A DNA stretch of 64,000 nucleotides from Eledone cirrhosa. Lineage: Eukaryota. The stretch covers positions 13,454,001-13,518,000 of the forward strand of contig OZ024760.1 of NCBI GenBank assembly GCA_964016885.1, given 5' to 3'. The notes under the pieces are model-generated. The model was not told the origin of the DNA, did no database searches, and worked only from the letters and a program-made list of their open reading frames with translations. Made by a program: the position numbers and the translations under genes. Positions 15,185-30,724 of this stretch are shown here, one piece after another (the first letter of the stretch is position 1; each line of letters opens with the position of its first letter).

Positions 15185-15511
15185 GGTATGTCAATCTAAA
15201 TCCTTATATGTATGTGTGTATATATATATATATGTATGTATATATGTGTGCGTGTGAGAGTGTGTATAACATATTACACTGGTAATGTATTATTCAGCAT
15301 CCTTCATATTGTTGTTATTGTTCCTCTCTCTCTCTCTACCAATTCTAGGAAACTGCCATTCACCAATGAACGACATTGAACAGGAATTCAAAGCTATCTT
15401 ATAGACTAACAGAAACACCATCCCTCGAGTAATTTTCTTCCATTTTATATGGTTTGTGTATATATATATATATGTATGTATACCATCATCGTTGTTTAAC
15501 ATCCATATATA

Positions 15512-15611
15512 CAGGGTGTCCCCAAAAATGTATACTCACTTTGATTAATAGTATAGTTAATATTTATTATAATGCTGTTGAAGTATGTATACATTTTCTT
15601 GGGACACCATG
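15512..15611. mobile_element. Tc1/mariner-type MITE (~100 bp)
   Basis: TA|cagggtgtccccaaaaatgtatac ... gtatacattttcttgggacaccatg|TA; related copy at 57982-58059. Confidence 0.75.
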
Positions 15612-16077
15612 TATATATATATATGTCTGTTTGTGGAATCTGTTGTAAATTAGTGACTGTATCAATATTTCAAGATCTTGGCCTTTAATTTAACTCTGTT
15701 CTTAGCTGAAATCTCATCAGACCGGTGCTCATCTCTGGTTACCTTGGCATTAAGCAACTGAAAGTACAAGACTCTCCCTGAACAGGATGGTGCTCTATTG
15801 CAGGATTAACTCCCCAGCTACAGCTGGTACTCACTCTCAACTGAGTGTACTGGAGCAATGTTAAATAAAGTGTTTTGCTAAAGAACACAAAGTAACACCC
15901 TCTCGTTTTAGTTGGGATTGTCTCGAGAATGTAACCTTATTATGTAATGAAGTTGTCTGATGAGATCATGGCACTGGTTGCGTGGAATCATGTGGTCACT
16001 ATTGTCATTAAAATATTTATCACAGCCTTATCAATAAAGGACTTTGACATCTGCAACTACTTTGCATTTTCTTATTC

Positions 16078-16119
<42 letters not shown>

Positions 16120-16433
16120 TGTATATAAAGCCTGGTTGTTATGCCTTTGATCATAGATCTGCTTGATGATGTCTGACCAAGGTCTAAACAACAACAACAA
16201 ATACTGTCATCCATTAATTATCCACCAGCTCTGAGTTTCATACACTGAATATCCGCTTTTTGTCAATTTAGTTGCAAAGAAAAGTTCAAATCAATAATAT
16301 CTGTATTAACCTTATTGTTTGATTCTGTTATTCTGTGTTGTAGATTAAACAATTAATCAAAGGTACTTGATTGTGTCCCTTTCTGACAGGAGTCTACCCA
16401 ATAATAGATTACATACAAACTATAGTCAATTGT

Positions 16434-17088
16434 TTAACCCTTTAGCATTTAAATTGGCCATAACTGGCCAGAACTCTCTCACCTCTTTCAGTTCAAACCG
16501 GTTGTAACCAGCCATAACTCTCTCACCTCTTTCAGTTCAAACCGGTTGTAACTGGCCAGAACTCTCTCACCTCTTTCAGTTCAAACTGGTTGTAACTGGC
16601 CAGAACTCTCTCACCTCTTTCAGTTCAAACCAGCTGTAACTGACCAGAACTCTCTCACCTCTTTCAGTTCAAACCGGTTGTAACTGGCCAGAACTCTCTC
16701 ACCCCTTTCAGTTCAAACCAGCTGTAACCAGCCAGAACTCTCTCACCCCTTTCAGTTCAAGCCGGTTGTAACTAACCAGAACTCTCTCACCTCTTTCAGT
16801 TCAAACCAGCTGTAACCAGCCAGAACTGTCTCACCTCTTTCAGTTCAAACCGGTTGTAACTGGCCAGAATTCTCTCAACTTTTACTATTCAAACTGGCCA
16901 TAACCAGCCAGAATTCTCTCCCCTCTTTCAGCTCAAACTGGCCATAACCGGTTGCTCAAACTAATGTTAGGGTATTGTTCTCAAACTAAATAATATCGAA
17001 ATCTCGTAGATTCGCTATTGTGTGAGATAAAATGTTTACCGTGAAAATACAACAGTAAATATAGAGTAATGTAAATGATAAATGGTTA
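16434..17088. mobile_element. TTAA-flanked piggyBac-like MITE containing an internal 44-bp tandem array
   Basis: Ends ttaa-ccctttagcattta ... taaatgataaatgg-ttaa; array-free relative at 44253-44466. Confidence 0.65.
16455..16951 (+). repeat. 44-bp minisatellite, about 11 copies
   Basis: Unit aactctctcacctctttcagttcaaaccggttgtaactggccag. Confidence 0.95.
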
Positions 17089-17917
17089 AACAAATAAACA
17101 AAAGAAGTTGATTGTCTCCTTTTCTGACAGGGGGCTACCTAATAACTGGCTACATACATGCTTGAATCAATTGTTTAAATAAATGTAATCTGTTAAGATG
17201 TAGATTTATGCAATTATTTTCCTATTAAGACAAAGGTTTGAACAGTAAACAATGTTTGCGACATGTGGAAATAATAATAATATTAATTATATTAGTTTCC
17301 CTGGAGTTTATTACTTTCTGTGTTGAATGGCAAATAGTATTGACTGAAATAATAATAAATTACTTTATAAACTGAACAAATATACATGGTCGCTAATCAG
17401 GGATTCATCATCATGAGCGTCATCATTATCATTATCATAATTATTGTCATTATAATCATCATAAAGATCATCATCATCATCATCATCATTGCCATTGCCA
17501 GCTGAGCTGAGTGGAGCAACATGAAATAAAGTGTCTGCCGAGAAACGAACTCACAATCTTACGATTGTAAGCTGAATACCCTAACCACAAAGCCCTGCAT
17601 CTTCATATATATATATATGTATATAATATATATGTGTATATATATATATGTAAAATGATGATGACGATGATGATGATATGTATATATACATACACATATA
17701 TATATATATATATATATACATATATATGTATTATACATATATATGTATATATACATACATATATATATATATACATACATATATTGTTTGCAATAATAAT
17801 AATATACAACAATTCTAAAATAGATTTCTAATATTGTTATACGAGAGTTTCACAAGCAATGTCTTGTTTTATTTTATGGTCTTTTAAATTATTTTCATTA
17901 GTTTTTATTTATTTAAA

Positions 17918-18320
17918 TGAGAGAGAGAGAGGGGGAGTAGAGTAGAGAGAAAGGGAGTGCGAGAGAGAGAGAGATAGAGAGAGAGCTATAAAGAGAAAGT
18001 GTATAAGAGAGAGCTAGAGAGAGAAAGAAAGTGCACAAAAAAGAGAGAGAGAGAAAGTGCACAAGAGAGGGAGAGAGAGAAAGTGCACAAGAGAGAGAGA
18101 GAGAGAAAATGCACAAGAGAGAGAAAGTGCACAAGAGAGAGAGAGATAGAAAGTGCACAAGAGAGAGAGAGAGAGAAAGTGCAGAAGAGAGAGAGAAAGT
18201 GCCCAAGAGAGGGAGAGAGAAAGTGCACAAAAGAGAGAGAGAGAAAGTGCACGAGAGAGAGAGAGAAAGTGCACAAGAGATAGAGAGAGAAAGTGCACAA
18301 GAGAGAGAGAGAGAGAGAGA
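17918..18320 (+). repeat. Compound (GA)n / aaagtgcacaa repeat
   Basis: About 13 aaagtgcacaa motifs separated by variable (GA)n. Confidence 0.9.
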
Positions 18321-18792
18321 ACAGACCAGAACTTTCCACACCAACCTCATATATATGTGTAAGTTCTCTTATGATGTGTTATTTTCGTCTTACAGAGTTA
18401 AAGAACTGCTGTTAATTATCTGGAAGAAAATGTTGTACAACTCTAAGGTTTCTTTTATTTCCGTATCACATCTTAATTCATTTCACTCACCGTTCTTGAC
18501 GTTATTTCAGACATTACAATCAAATAACAATTAATAGTTATCATAAAAATAGATAAAAATATATTTATCCTCCTCATCATCATTACGATCGCAGTTAATA
18601 AAGAAATCATTATTATTATCATTATTATTTATATTATTATCATCATTATTGTCATCGGTGGCTTGGCAGAATCGGTAGAGCGTCAGAAACCATGCTTTGC
18701 AGCATAGTTATGGCCCTTTACGTTCTGAGTTCGATAAAGTAAAATACTTACCTAACTAACGACACATGTATATATATATATATATATTGTAT

Positions 18793-19134
18793 CATCATCA
18801 TCATCATCATTTTACGTCCACTTTTCCCTGCTTGCAAGGGTGGGACGGGAACTGATGCTGGCTTGATTTCTACAGCTGGATGCCCTTCCTAACACCAACC
18901 TCATTTACAGTGAGTGCTGGGTGCTTTTTTTTTGCCGTGGCACCTCCACGACCACTTTGCAGTGGAATGATAGGGACCCCAGTCCCTATCATCTCATATC
19001 TACAGCTGAGTAAACTGGAGCAATGTGAAATAAAGTGTCTTGCTCAAGGAAACAACACATCACCCGGTCTGAGAATTGAACTCACAACCTATCAATTGCA
19101 AGGCCAATGCTCTAACCACTAAGCCATGTGACTC
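18793..19134 (-). mobile_element. Full-length tRNA-derived SINE family 1
   Basis: Box A tggcttagtgg and box B gagttcaattc, then ccttgagcaagacact, then an RTE-1-like 3' end with (GAT)n; four near-identical copies in the window. Confidence 0.9.
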
Positions 19135-19267
19135 TATATATATATATATATATTTTTTTTTATATGTAACCCATTTGCAACGCCGCAGCTCCATTATTAT
19201 CATATTTACAGATATATATATATATATATATATACTGTATCTGTATATATATATATACACACATTCA

Positions 19268-19554
<287 letters not shown>

Positions 19555-19659
19555 TTCTACCTGGAGTTGCGACCGATAGATAGTATTAGCAATTGGAAAG
19601 ACCAACGGAAACACTGTTCCCTCGGTCCGATTTGACGAAAGTCGATCGTTCCTCATATA

Positions 19660-19762
19660 TAGGAACGAGTAGGACCTCGTTCCTATTACCCACTCTACTA
19701 CCCTAGGTATTGAATACTTTGGTGCGTTATGGTCCATCTGGTTCCTTACCACATTTCCTTCG

Positions 19763-19764
<2 letters not shown>
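19660..19764. mobile_element. Fold-back family E, short copy
   Basis: taggaacgag/ctcgttccta hairpin plus the ~80-bp family E tail. Confidence 0.7.
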
Positions 19765-19807
<43 letters not shown>

Positions 19808-20119
19808 TTCATGTATGTGTGTATCTGAGAGAGAGGGGGGAGGAGAGAGAGAGGGGGAGGAGAGAGAGAGAGAGAGAGAGATTATATTCACAATAGCTTC
19901 TACAGTTAGTTTTATTGATCACAATGACAGTGAAGTTTAAACATGAAAAGTTGGCCGGAAACCAGGTAATAGAGAAAGGAAATTATTTAGTTACATAGCG
20001 TCACCATAATGAGAATGTCTGTAGAAGAACACCAGAAGTAGCTGCTGTTATTTTCAGGACTGGAAATCTTTACACCTTTCCCTTTCAATAACCTTAAGTA
20101 GTGGCTTGAAATAGAAATC

Positions 20120-20420
20120 TATAAACTGTATACACCTGTGTATAAGACATATCATATATACCTTTTATAAACTGCATGTATTTGTGTATAAGACCTACCA
20201 TTTATATCTTTTATATACTGTATATACTTCTGTATAAGACCTAAAATTTATACTTTTTATACTATATATGCCTGTGTATAAGACATAATATATATACCTT
20301 TTATATACTGTATATACTTTTGTATAAGACCTAACATTTATACCTTTTACATACTGTATATACTTGTATATAAGACGTACCATTTATACCTTTTTATAAA
20401 CTGTATACACTTGTGTATAT
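20120..20420 (+). repeat. Diverged ~40-50-bp minisatellite
   Basis: Repeated tgtataagac...tatacctttta units. Confidence 0.8.
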
Positions 20421-20594
20421 TTGAAGGCATGTGGCTTTGTGGTTAGGGTGTTCAGCTCCCAATTGTAATGTCACAAGTTCGTTTCCTAGCACTTCAAATG
20501 CACCAGTTGTAAATTATGTTGTTATTCATTGTTAAGTCTGTTTGTAATTATTAGAATCAGATATGGTGAGAGGTGAACGAGGTTGCAAATAATG

Positions 20595-21705
20595 ATGGTA
20601 ATAATAATGGTTTCTTTATTGACCACAAGGGCTAACATGAAGAAAAACATTACAGACGGCACAGAACGGTACAGGACGTACAAAGTGGGTTTTGGTCATG
20701 TAAAAAAGGTTATAACAAGAAGATAGAAATATCAAAAAAATTCAAACAACAAAAATTCCCTAATAGGGGGGAAACCTCCGAGGGTCACTCGTGGCGAAAA
20801 CCAGACAAAAGACCACGGCCACCCTGATCACCAGGGCAAGCGCCCTCTCTCAGTTTTCCACTTCTCAGTCTACAGGTGCAACCTTATATCTATGTATCTA
20901 TCTAAAAAGAGAAAGACTAAGAATTATAGAGAGAGATCGCTAAATCGCCTAATGCGGTCGGTAGGGTCACAGGACCATAAGTATTACATGTGTAAAGTTT
21001 GAAAACAATCGGTTGGGTGGTTCTCGAGTTTTAGTGATTGGACAGACAGACAGAGAGACAGACATATTTTATTTTTCGGGAGAGTTCTTGGTGTTGGTGG
21101 GGTGTAGTAATTTTTGTCCGTAATGTCTGTGTGCTGCTTTATATGTTCTAAGAGTTCTTTATTTGCCATGTTTATGGCTGTGTAATGTTTTTTGGGGGGT
21201 TTGGTTTTGTTGCTGTCTTCTTGTTGCTGCTGTTGGGTATTTTTGTCTTGTGTTTGCGATGTTGATGTTTGTGGTGATGTTGGTGGTTGTGGTGTGGTGG
21301 TTGTTTGTGGTGATGGTGGTGGCGCTGCTGCGAGTCGCCATGCAGCCTTTACCCCTCTTTGTTTGCCTTCACTTTTGGAGGGTGAAGCTAAGGGTTTTTT
21401 TTCTTTTTTGTGGCTGACTGTTTGCCACTTCACTCCCGCCTCAGACTCCATGTCAGATTCTGTGGTGTCTGGGAGGGGTATGTGCTCCACGGCTGTTGAT
21501 GGTGGTAGTGGAGCCCTCTCCTGCGATTTTGTTACTGGTACAGCTACTGAAAATGTAGCTACTGGTGTTGTCACCACTGCTACTGCTGCTTTAGTTGTCC
21601 GTGGCCTTGGTATGGGTGCCATGGACGTTGCCCTCCTACTCACCATCGAAGGGTCTTCTGCGTTTGACTGCCCTGCTCTAGGTAGCAGTGGACCAGGCAT
21701 TGGAA
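20595..21705 (-). mobile_element. L1/Tx1-related remnant: ORF1-like low-complexity region joined to a Tx1-like 3' UTR
   Basis: ORF 20984-21700 (Pro/Thr-rich, WQTVSHKK). The 3' end ccccttgtggtcaataaagaaa resembles cccctgtggctaataaagaaa at 52709-52729; ccctattrgggga is also shared. Confidence 0.5.
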
Positions 21706-21707
21706 GT

Positions 21708-21825
21708 AATAATAATAATTGTTTCTACTTTAGGCACAAGGCCAGCTATTACCCAGTGCATTACTGGTACTTTATTTTATCGACCCCATAAGGATGAAAG
21801 GCAAAGTTAACCTTGGTGGGATTTA
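21708..21825 (-). mobile_element. SINE family 2, 3' half
   Basis: Matches the other family 2 copies, with an (ATT)n tail. Confidence 0.8.
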
Positions 21826-22239
21826 ATGATAGCTAATTCTGTTGCTTTGAAAGTCAACTAATTCATTAGAAATTTCTTATTTTCAATTTCCAGAGGAAAG
21901 AAAACCTAGGACCTGAACTTCCTGATGAATTAATTTGCCCTTTAAGTGGACAGAATTGTCTAATTCTTCCATTTTAACCTTTAACCTTCATATTCGTTTG
22001 ATTTCAGTAATTACTCATAACTTTAACGATGAATAATATAATTTTAAATTGACTACACTATTGTAACAAATATAATTTTATAAATTCTGTTATAAGAATA
22101 ATTCCTATGATTGTATCAAAGGTGGTTAGTTTGATACATGCCAGCAGACAATACACGGAACCGTGGAACTTCTCACATATGTAGCATACACCTTTTATAT
22201 CTCCTCATTAGCACTGACATTTTCACACTAACAGACATT

Positions 22240-22495
22240 CACATATAGATATCATATGCACATACTATAACCATATAGATATAATATACATATAACTACA
22301 ATCATATAGATATCACACATACTACAGCCATATGGATATCATACACACATGACTACAGTCATATAGATATCATATACATATAACTACAACCATATAGATA
22401 TCATATACATATAACTACAACCATATAGATATCATACACATACAATCATATAGACATTATAGATAACTACAATCATATACCATATATGGATATCC
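22240..22495 (+). repeat. ~28-bp minisatellite
   Basis: Repeated ataactacaaccatatagatatcatacac-like units. Confidence 0.85.
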
Positions 22496-22597
22496 TCAAC
22501 CCCTGTAAAGAGGTTGATGATAGGAAGAGCATCCAGCTATAGAAAAACCTGTCAGACAAAGCATTGAAAAGTATTTTTGTCCTAGAGTTTATTAGAG

Positions 22598-22656
22598 TGG
22601 TCACTAGATGGCGTTGTTGTTGTCCTAGACCTAGAACTGTCACTAGATGGCGCTGG
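22598..22656 (+). promoter_or_regulatory. Two tandem CTCF-like motifs
   Basis: gtcACTAGATGGCGt (22600-22614) and gtcACTAGATGGCGc (22639-22653) resemble the CTCF core CCACYAGRKGGCRC. Confidence 0.45.
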
Positions 22657-24003
22657 TAAGGATTTTATGTTTCCTTCGTAAACAGTACTACCTAGCAACT
22701 GAACATGGGACCAAGAGGTGGAGTATTACCATTTAAAACTCCCTCACATAAGGGGAGAGAGGAGAGGGATGGAGAGAGAGAGAGAGAAGGAGAAGCGGGG
22801 GTATAGGAAGAAAAGTGTGAACTCTAAAATCTATTGAGAGAGAGAGAGGGGGGAGGTGCAGGGTAGAGGCAGAGGGGTGTGAACTCTAAAATCTAATTGA
22901 GAATATTCAAAGAAACCAGTAATTGCCTCACTGTCAACTGTTAATGCCGGAAGCATTTCTATTAATATTTTTACGTGGAGAAAATATTTTATGAATGGAT
23001 CTAAAGAAAGAAAAGGAGAGAAAATTAACAAAAAACAAACAAATAAATAAATAAATTAAAAAAAAGTAAATAAGAAAAAGGAAAAAACAAAAGAACAAAA
23101 CAAAACGACCCCCCCCCCCCCCCCACCCAAAAAAAAACAAAAAGAAAACTCCATCAAAAAACGAAACAGCTCAAATGTTGATTGAAATCCAACAAAATTG
23201 TTTGGTAGTATTCATTGATAATATATTTCTGAAGAATACCTGTGATAAAAATGATGGCGATGTTGTTTCAGGGTTGTATGGAGGGGTTGAATTTATTTTT
23301 ATTTTGAAATATGGAAAGTTTTTTTATTTTAATTTAATTTTTAATGTGATGGAATGTTTGCGCAAAAAAAAAAATAGAAATAAAAATAATAATAAAAATA
23401 AAAACAATTGCTGGATAGATTTACGGGGGTGGGGGAGGCGAAGCCAATCCGACAGGAGATGACATCCAAGAAGAAGAAGAAGAAAAAGAAGATGAACAAC
23501 AACAGCAACAACAAGTCTTTGCCTTTCATCTTTCTGGAGCAGATAAAATACAGTACCAGTCATGAACTGTGGTCAATATAATTGACTCTCCTTTCTCCCC
23601 ACCCACAAATTGCTGGCCTTGTACTAAGGTGTTGTGTTACATAGTCGGTACAGTTAATGTGGTATTTCATACACAGGAGACTCAGAAATCTACCAAAGTC
23701 TGCTGCTTTGATATATCTTTGTGAATTCATCAATTTCACATTTAAAAAACACACAAACTTGTATTTAGTGTTATTACAATAAATACGGATATTGTGGTAA
23801 ATCTCTATATATATATATATATATGTGTGTGTATATATATATATGTGTGTGTGTATGTATATATATATAAATATGTGTGCATGTGTATGTATATATATGT
23901 GTGTATGTGTATGTATGTATATCTAAATATGTGTGTGCGTGTGTATGTGTATATATGTGTGTATGTGTATGTATGTATATATATGTGTGTATGTGTATGT
24001 ATG

Positions 24004-24043
<40 letters not shown>

Positions 24044-24715
24044 AAAAGTGGAGCCAACAATAACACCATCATTTGAAGAAAAAAAATATTTTTCTTATTT
24101 CAATTTTCTATTTTTTTGGTGTTTATCTTCCAAAAATATTTTATGGTATCTTAATTCTAAAAACAAATAAAATAAATTACCTGACACCATTGGGAAATAG
24201 AAAATGAAAGGTTACACAGAATTATATTAACAAAAATAATATTAGAAATATTAAAAGACGATAAAACTAATAGTGAAATAAATGCTACAAACTGGAAAAA
24301 AATGAAATAAAAATTAGAATTAAAAAAAAACAGGTAAAAAAAGGCAGGTGAAGGAAAATCTAATAACGATGGTGATGGTGGTGTTGGTGGTGGTAGTGTT
24401 GGTGTTGGAGATGATGGTGGTGGTGGTGGTGGTGGTGTTGTTGTTGTTGTTGGTGGTGGTGGCGGTAAGGGGAGGAGTAGAAGAAAAAAGAAAATGAAAG
24501 AAAACAAAGAAAATGAAAGAAAACAAAGAAAATGAAAGAAAAAGAAAGAAGGAAGAAAAAAAAGAAGAAATAAGGAATTAAAAAAATTATTATTATTTAA
24601 TTTTTCATTTTTCACTGAATTTCTGTGTTTTTATTAAATTTTCTCCGAGTTGTTAGATGTTATGAACTTTGTTATAAAAGCTGACAATTTATTGATTGCG
24701 TCTGTGTCGTGTATG

Positions 24716-24748
<33 letters not shown>

Positions 24749-25182
24749 ATGTATAAATATATATATATATACATATATATATAAAAAAAAAATATATATA
24801 TATACATATATATATAAAAATATATATATATATATATACATATATATATAAATATATATTTATATATATATATATATATACATATAAAAATATATTTATA
24901 TATATATATACATATAAAAATATATTTATATATATATACATATACATATAAAAATATATTTATATATATATACATATAAAAATATATTTATATTTATATA
25001 TATATAAAAATATATTTATATTTATATATATATATATATACATATAAAAATATATTTATATATATATAAATATATATATACATACATATATATATAAAAA
25101 TATATTTATATATATATATATATAAAAATATATTTATATATATATATATACATACATATATATATAAAAATATATTTATATA

Positions 25183-25222
<40 letters not shown>

Positions 25223-25392
25223 GATAAATCTATATGTAGATAAATCTACCAAAATATACGATAGTGTCCAATCCGTATGAAGAACTCAATGTAATCCAAA
25301 TATCATGAAAAGAAAAGATGTATTTAACAATTTTTATATATATGTATATATATATATATATATATTGTATATATATATATGTATATTTATAT

Positions 25393-25432
<40 letters not shown>

Positions 25433-25481
25433 CATATATATATATATGTATATACATATATATATATATATACATATATAT

Positions 25482-25578
<97 letters not shown>

Positions 25579-25579
25579 C

Positions 25580-25909
<330 letters not shown>

Positions 25910-25912
25910 TTA

Positions 25913-25943
<31 letters not shown>

Positions 25944-25970
25944 TTATATATATACATATATATATATTTA

Positions 25971-26001
<31 letters not shown>

Positions 26002-26022
26002 TTATATATATACATATATATA

Positions 26023-26093
<71 letters not shown>

Positions 26094-26122
26094 TTATATA
26101 TATATATATATATACATATATA

Positions 26123-26163
<41 letters not shown>

Positions 26164-26179
26164 GTATATATATATATAC

Positions 26180-26243
26180 ACCAGTGGCCAACCTATACAG
26201 GCTGGAGATAAAATGTGTAGCAACAGGGCGGTGCCCCAGCATG
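26180..26243 (+). mobile_element. Short fragment of the CR1-like family at 28709-29345
   Basis: ccagtggccaacctatacaggctggagataaaatgtgtagcaacagggcggtgccccagcatg is the reverse complement of 28751-28815. Confidence 0.8.
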
Positions 26244-26272
26244 TATAAATATATATATGTATATATATATAC

Positions 26273-26327
<55 letters not shown>

Positions 26328-26354
26328 CATACATATATATATATATATACATAC

Positions 26355-26427
<73 letters not shown>

Positions 26428-26437
26428 CATACATATA

Positions 26438-26497
<60 letters not shown>

Positions 26498-26499
<2 letters not shown>

Positions 26500-26702
26500 G
26501 GAACCAGTAAGACCCCGACAGCTGAGCTCAAGCCGTTTCAACGGCTAATTCTGGACTAAATGAAAATTTAGAATTAGCCGTCGAAACGGCTTGAGCTCAG
26601 CTGTCGGGGTCTTACTGGTTCCTATTACCCACTCTACTACCTCAAGTATTGAGTACTTTGGTGCGTTATGGTCCACCTGGTTCCTTACCACATCTCATTC
26701 GT

Positions 26703-26703
<1 letters not shown>
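26498..26703. mobile_element. Asymmetric fold-back element, family E
   Basis: Arms 26498-26552 and 26570-26624; tail 26625-26703; TA on both sides. Confidence 0.78.
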
Positions 26704-26744
<41 letters not shown>

Positions 26745-26749
26745 CATAC

Positions 26750-26800
<51 letters not shown>

Positions 26801-26872
26801 AATATAAATATATATATATAAATATATATATGTATATATATATATATGTATATATATATAAATATATATATG

Positions 26873-26919
<47 letters not shown>

Positions 26920-26922
26920 GTA

Positions 26923-26977
<55 letters not shown>

Positions 26978-26981
<4 letters not shown>

Positions 26982-27231
26982 TGTTATACTTTGGGAGGGT
27001 CATGTTGCCAATAAGAAACGCACGCACCAGTTGCTTTCACTTCAATTTATTATATATTTATAAATTTACAAATTTATAAATTTATAAATTTCTGGTTGGT
27101 TGGTTCCACAACCAGATAGTTGTTTATATATAGTCATAGTCCTTTCGTCATGACCCTCCCAAAGTATAACAATATCGGTTTCAACACACGATTTCAGATA
27201 AAGAATCTTGCTAAACAAATTCAGAAACGAA
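26978..27231. mobile_element. Asymmetric fold-back element, family F
   Basis: atattgttatactttgggagggtcatg ... catgaccctcccaaagtataacaatat plus a ~55-bp tail; relatives at 47252, 58630 and 62727. Confidence 0.7.
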
Positions 27232-28184
<953 letters not shown>

Positions 28185-28187
28185 ATA

Positions 28188-28221
<34 letters not shown>

Positions 28222-28233
28222 CATATATATATT

Positions 28234-28274
<41 letters not shown>

Positions 28275-28275
28275 G

Positions 28276-28306
<31 letters not shown>

Positions 28307-28307
28307 T

Positions 28308-28339
<32 letters not shown>

Positions 28340-28455
28340 CATATATATATATATATTTATATATATATATATATTTATATATATATTTATATATATATAT
28401 ATATGTATGTATATATATATATATTTATATATATATTTATATATATATATGTATG

Positions 28456-28489
<34 letters not shown>

Positions 28490-28495
28490 TGTATG

Positions 28496-28569
<74 letters not shown>

Positions 28570-28708
28570 CATATACATATATATATATGTACATATATAT
28601 ATATATACATATATATATATATTTATACATATATATATATACATATATATATATACATATATATATATACATATATATATATATACATATATATACATAT
28701 ATATATAT

Positions 28709-29345
28709 TCTCTTTTACTCTTTTACCTGTTTCAGCCATCCGGCTGAGGCCATGCTGGGGCACCGCCCTTGTTGCTACACATTTTATCTCCAGCCTGTAT
28801 AGGTTGGCCACTGGTGTAGGAGGGAGTTTGTTGCTGCTGCCCTTAGGTTTCCCTCGTGTCTTGCTGTGGGCTCATCCGGGATCCTGGATAACAACGTGTC
28901 GAGATGTTTCTTAAAGACATCCACCTCCACGTCATGCAAGTCTCGCAGATGCCTCGGCAGCCTGTTGAAGAGTTGAGGGCCCTTGAATCCCAGGCTATTG
29001 CAATACCTGCTCCTTATTCTAGATGTGGAAGACGGGACCTTTGGAACAACACAGTGACGTCCTGTTCGACGGTTGGTCCAGCTCCCAATGCCAAAGTTTG
29101 GTGCTAGTCCCTCCAGGATTTTCCACATGTAGATCACTGCGTATCTCTCCCGTCTTCGCTCCAAGGAGTAGAGGTTCAGTTCCTTCAGCCTCTCCCAGTA
29201 GCTTGTCTCCCTCATCTTGGCAATCCTCTTGGTGTAGCTTCGCTGGATTGCCTCAAGCTCTGTGGTTAGTTTGACACTATGGGGTGACCACAGCTGGGAG
29301 CAGTAGTCCAGGCGGCTTAGGACAAAAGTCCTCCACAGTGTCAAC
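28709..29345 (-). mobile_element. 3' fragment of a CR1/L2-group LINE (ORF2 C-terminus plus 3' UTR)
   Basis: [12 protein letters not shown]...LEAIQR...[17 protein letters not shown]; tandem (taaaagag) tail; TA-flanked. Confidence 0.85.
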
Positions 29346-29399
29346 ATATATATATATATACGTATATATATATACATATATATACATATATATATATAC

Positions 29400-29508
<109 letters not shown>

Positions 29509-29583
29509 CATACATATATATATATATACATATACATACATACATATATACATATATATATATATACATACATATATATATAC

Positions 29584-29614
<31 letters not shown>

Positions 29615-29776
29615 CATACATATATATATATATACATATACATACATACATATATACATATATATATATATACATACATATATATATATATATAAATATA
29701 TATATACATACATATATATATATATATAAATATATATATAAATATAAATATATATATATAAATATATATATATATG

Positions 29777-29812
<36 letters not shown>

Positions 29813-29813
29813 A

Positions 29814-29908
<95 letters not shown>

Positions 29909-29974
29909 TATATTTATATATATATATATATATATACATATATATATTTATATATATATATATATACATATATA

Positions 29975-30035
<61 letters not shown>

Positions 30036-30066
30036 GTATATATATATATACATATATATATATATT

Positions 30067-30104
<38 letters not shown>

Positions 30105-30122
30105 CATATATATATATATATT

Positions 30123-30160
<38 letters not shown>

Positions 30161-30284
30161 CATATATATATATATATTTATATATATATATATATATTTA
30201 TACATATATTTATATATATATATATATATGTATGTATATATATATATATTTATATATATATTTATATATATATATATATGTATG

Positions 30285-30358
<74 letters not shown>

Positions 30359-30359
30359 C

Positions 30360-30411
<52 letters not shown>

Positions 30412-30497
30412 TTATACATATATATATACATATATATATATATACATATATATATATACATATACATATATATATATATATACGTATATATATATAC

Positions 30498-30562
<65 letters not shown>

Positions 30563-30563
30563 C

Positions 30564-30596
<33 letters not shown>

Positions 30597-30724
30597 CATA
30601 TATATACATATATACACATATATCTATATATATATATGTATTCACCGCCCAAACCCATGCAAGTGGGGAAGATGGACGTTAAACGATGATGATGATGATA
30701 TAGATACATATATATATATATATA

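Noticed and set aside
18880-19122. Recurrent ~80-aa ORF MPFLTPTSFTVSAGC (also at 33187, 35608, 45577)
   Set aside because: Antisense reading of SINE family 1, not a gene family.
26498-26624. Hammerhead in family E (GAAACGGC) and family F
   Set aside because: No CUGANGA core is visible in these copies; they are grouped with the others on architecture only.
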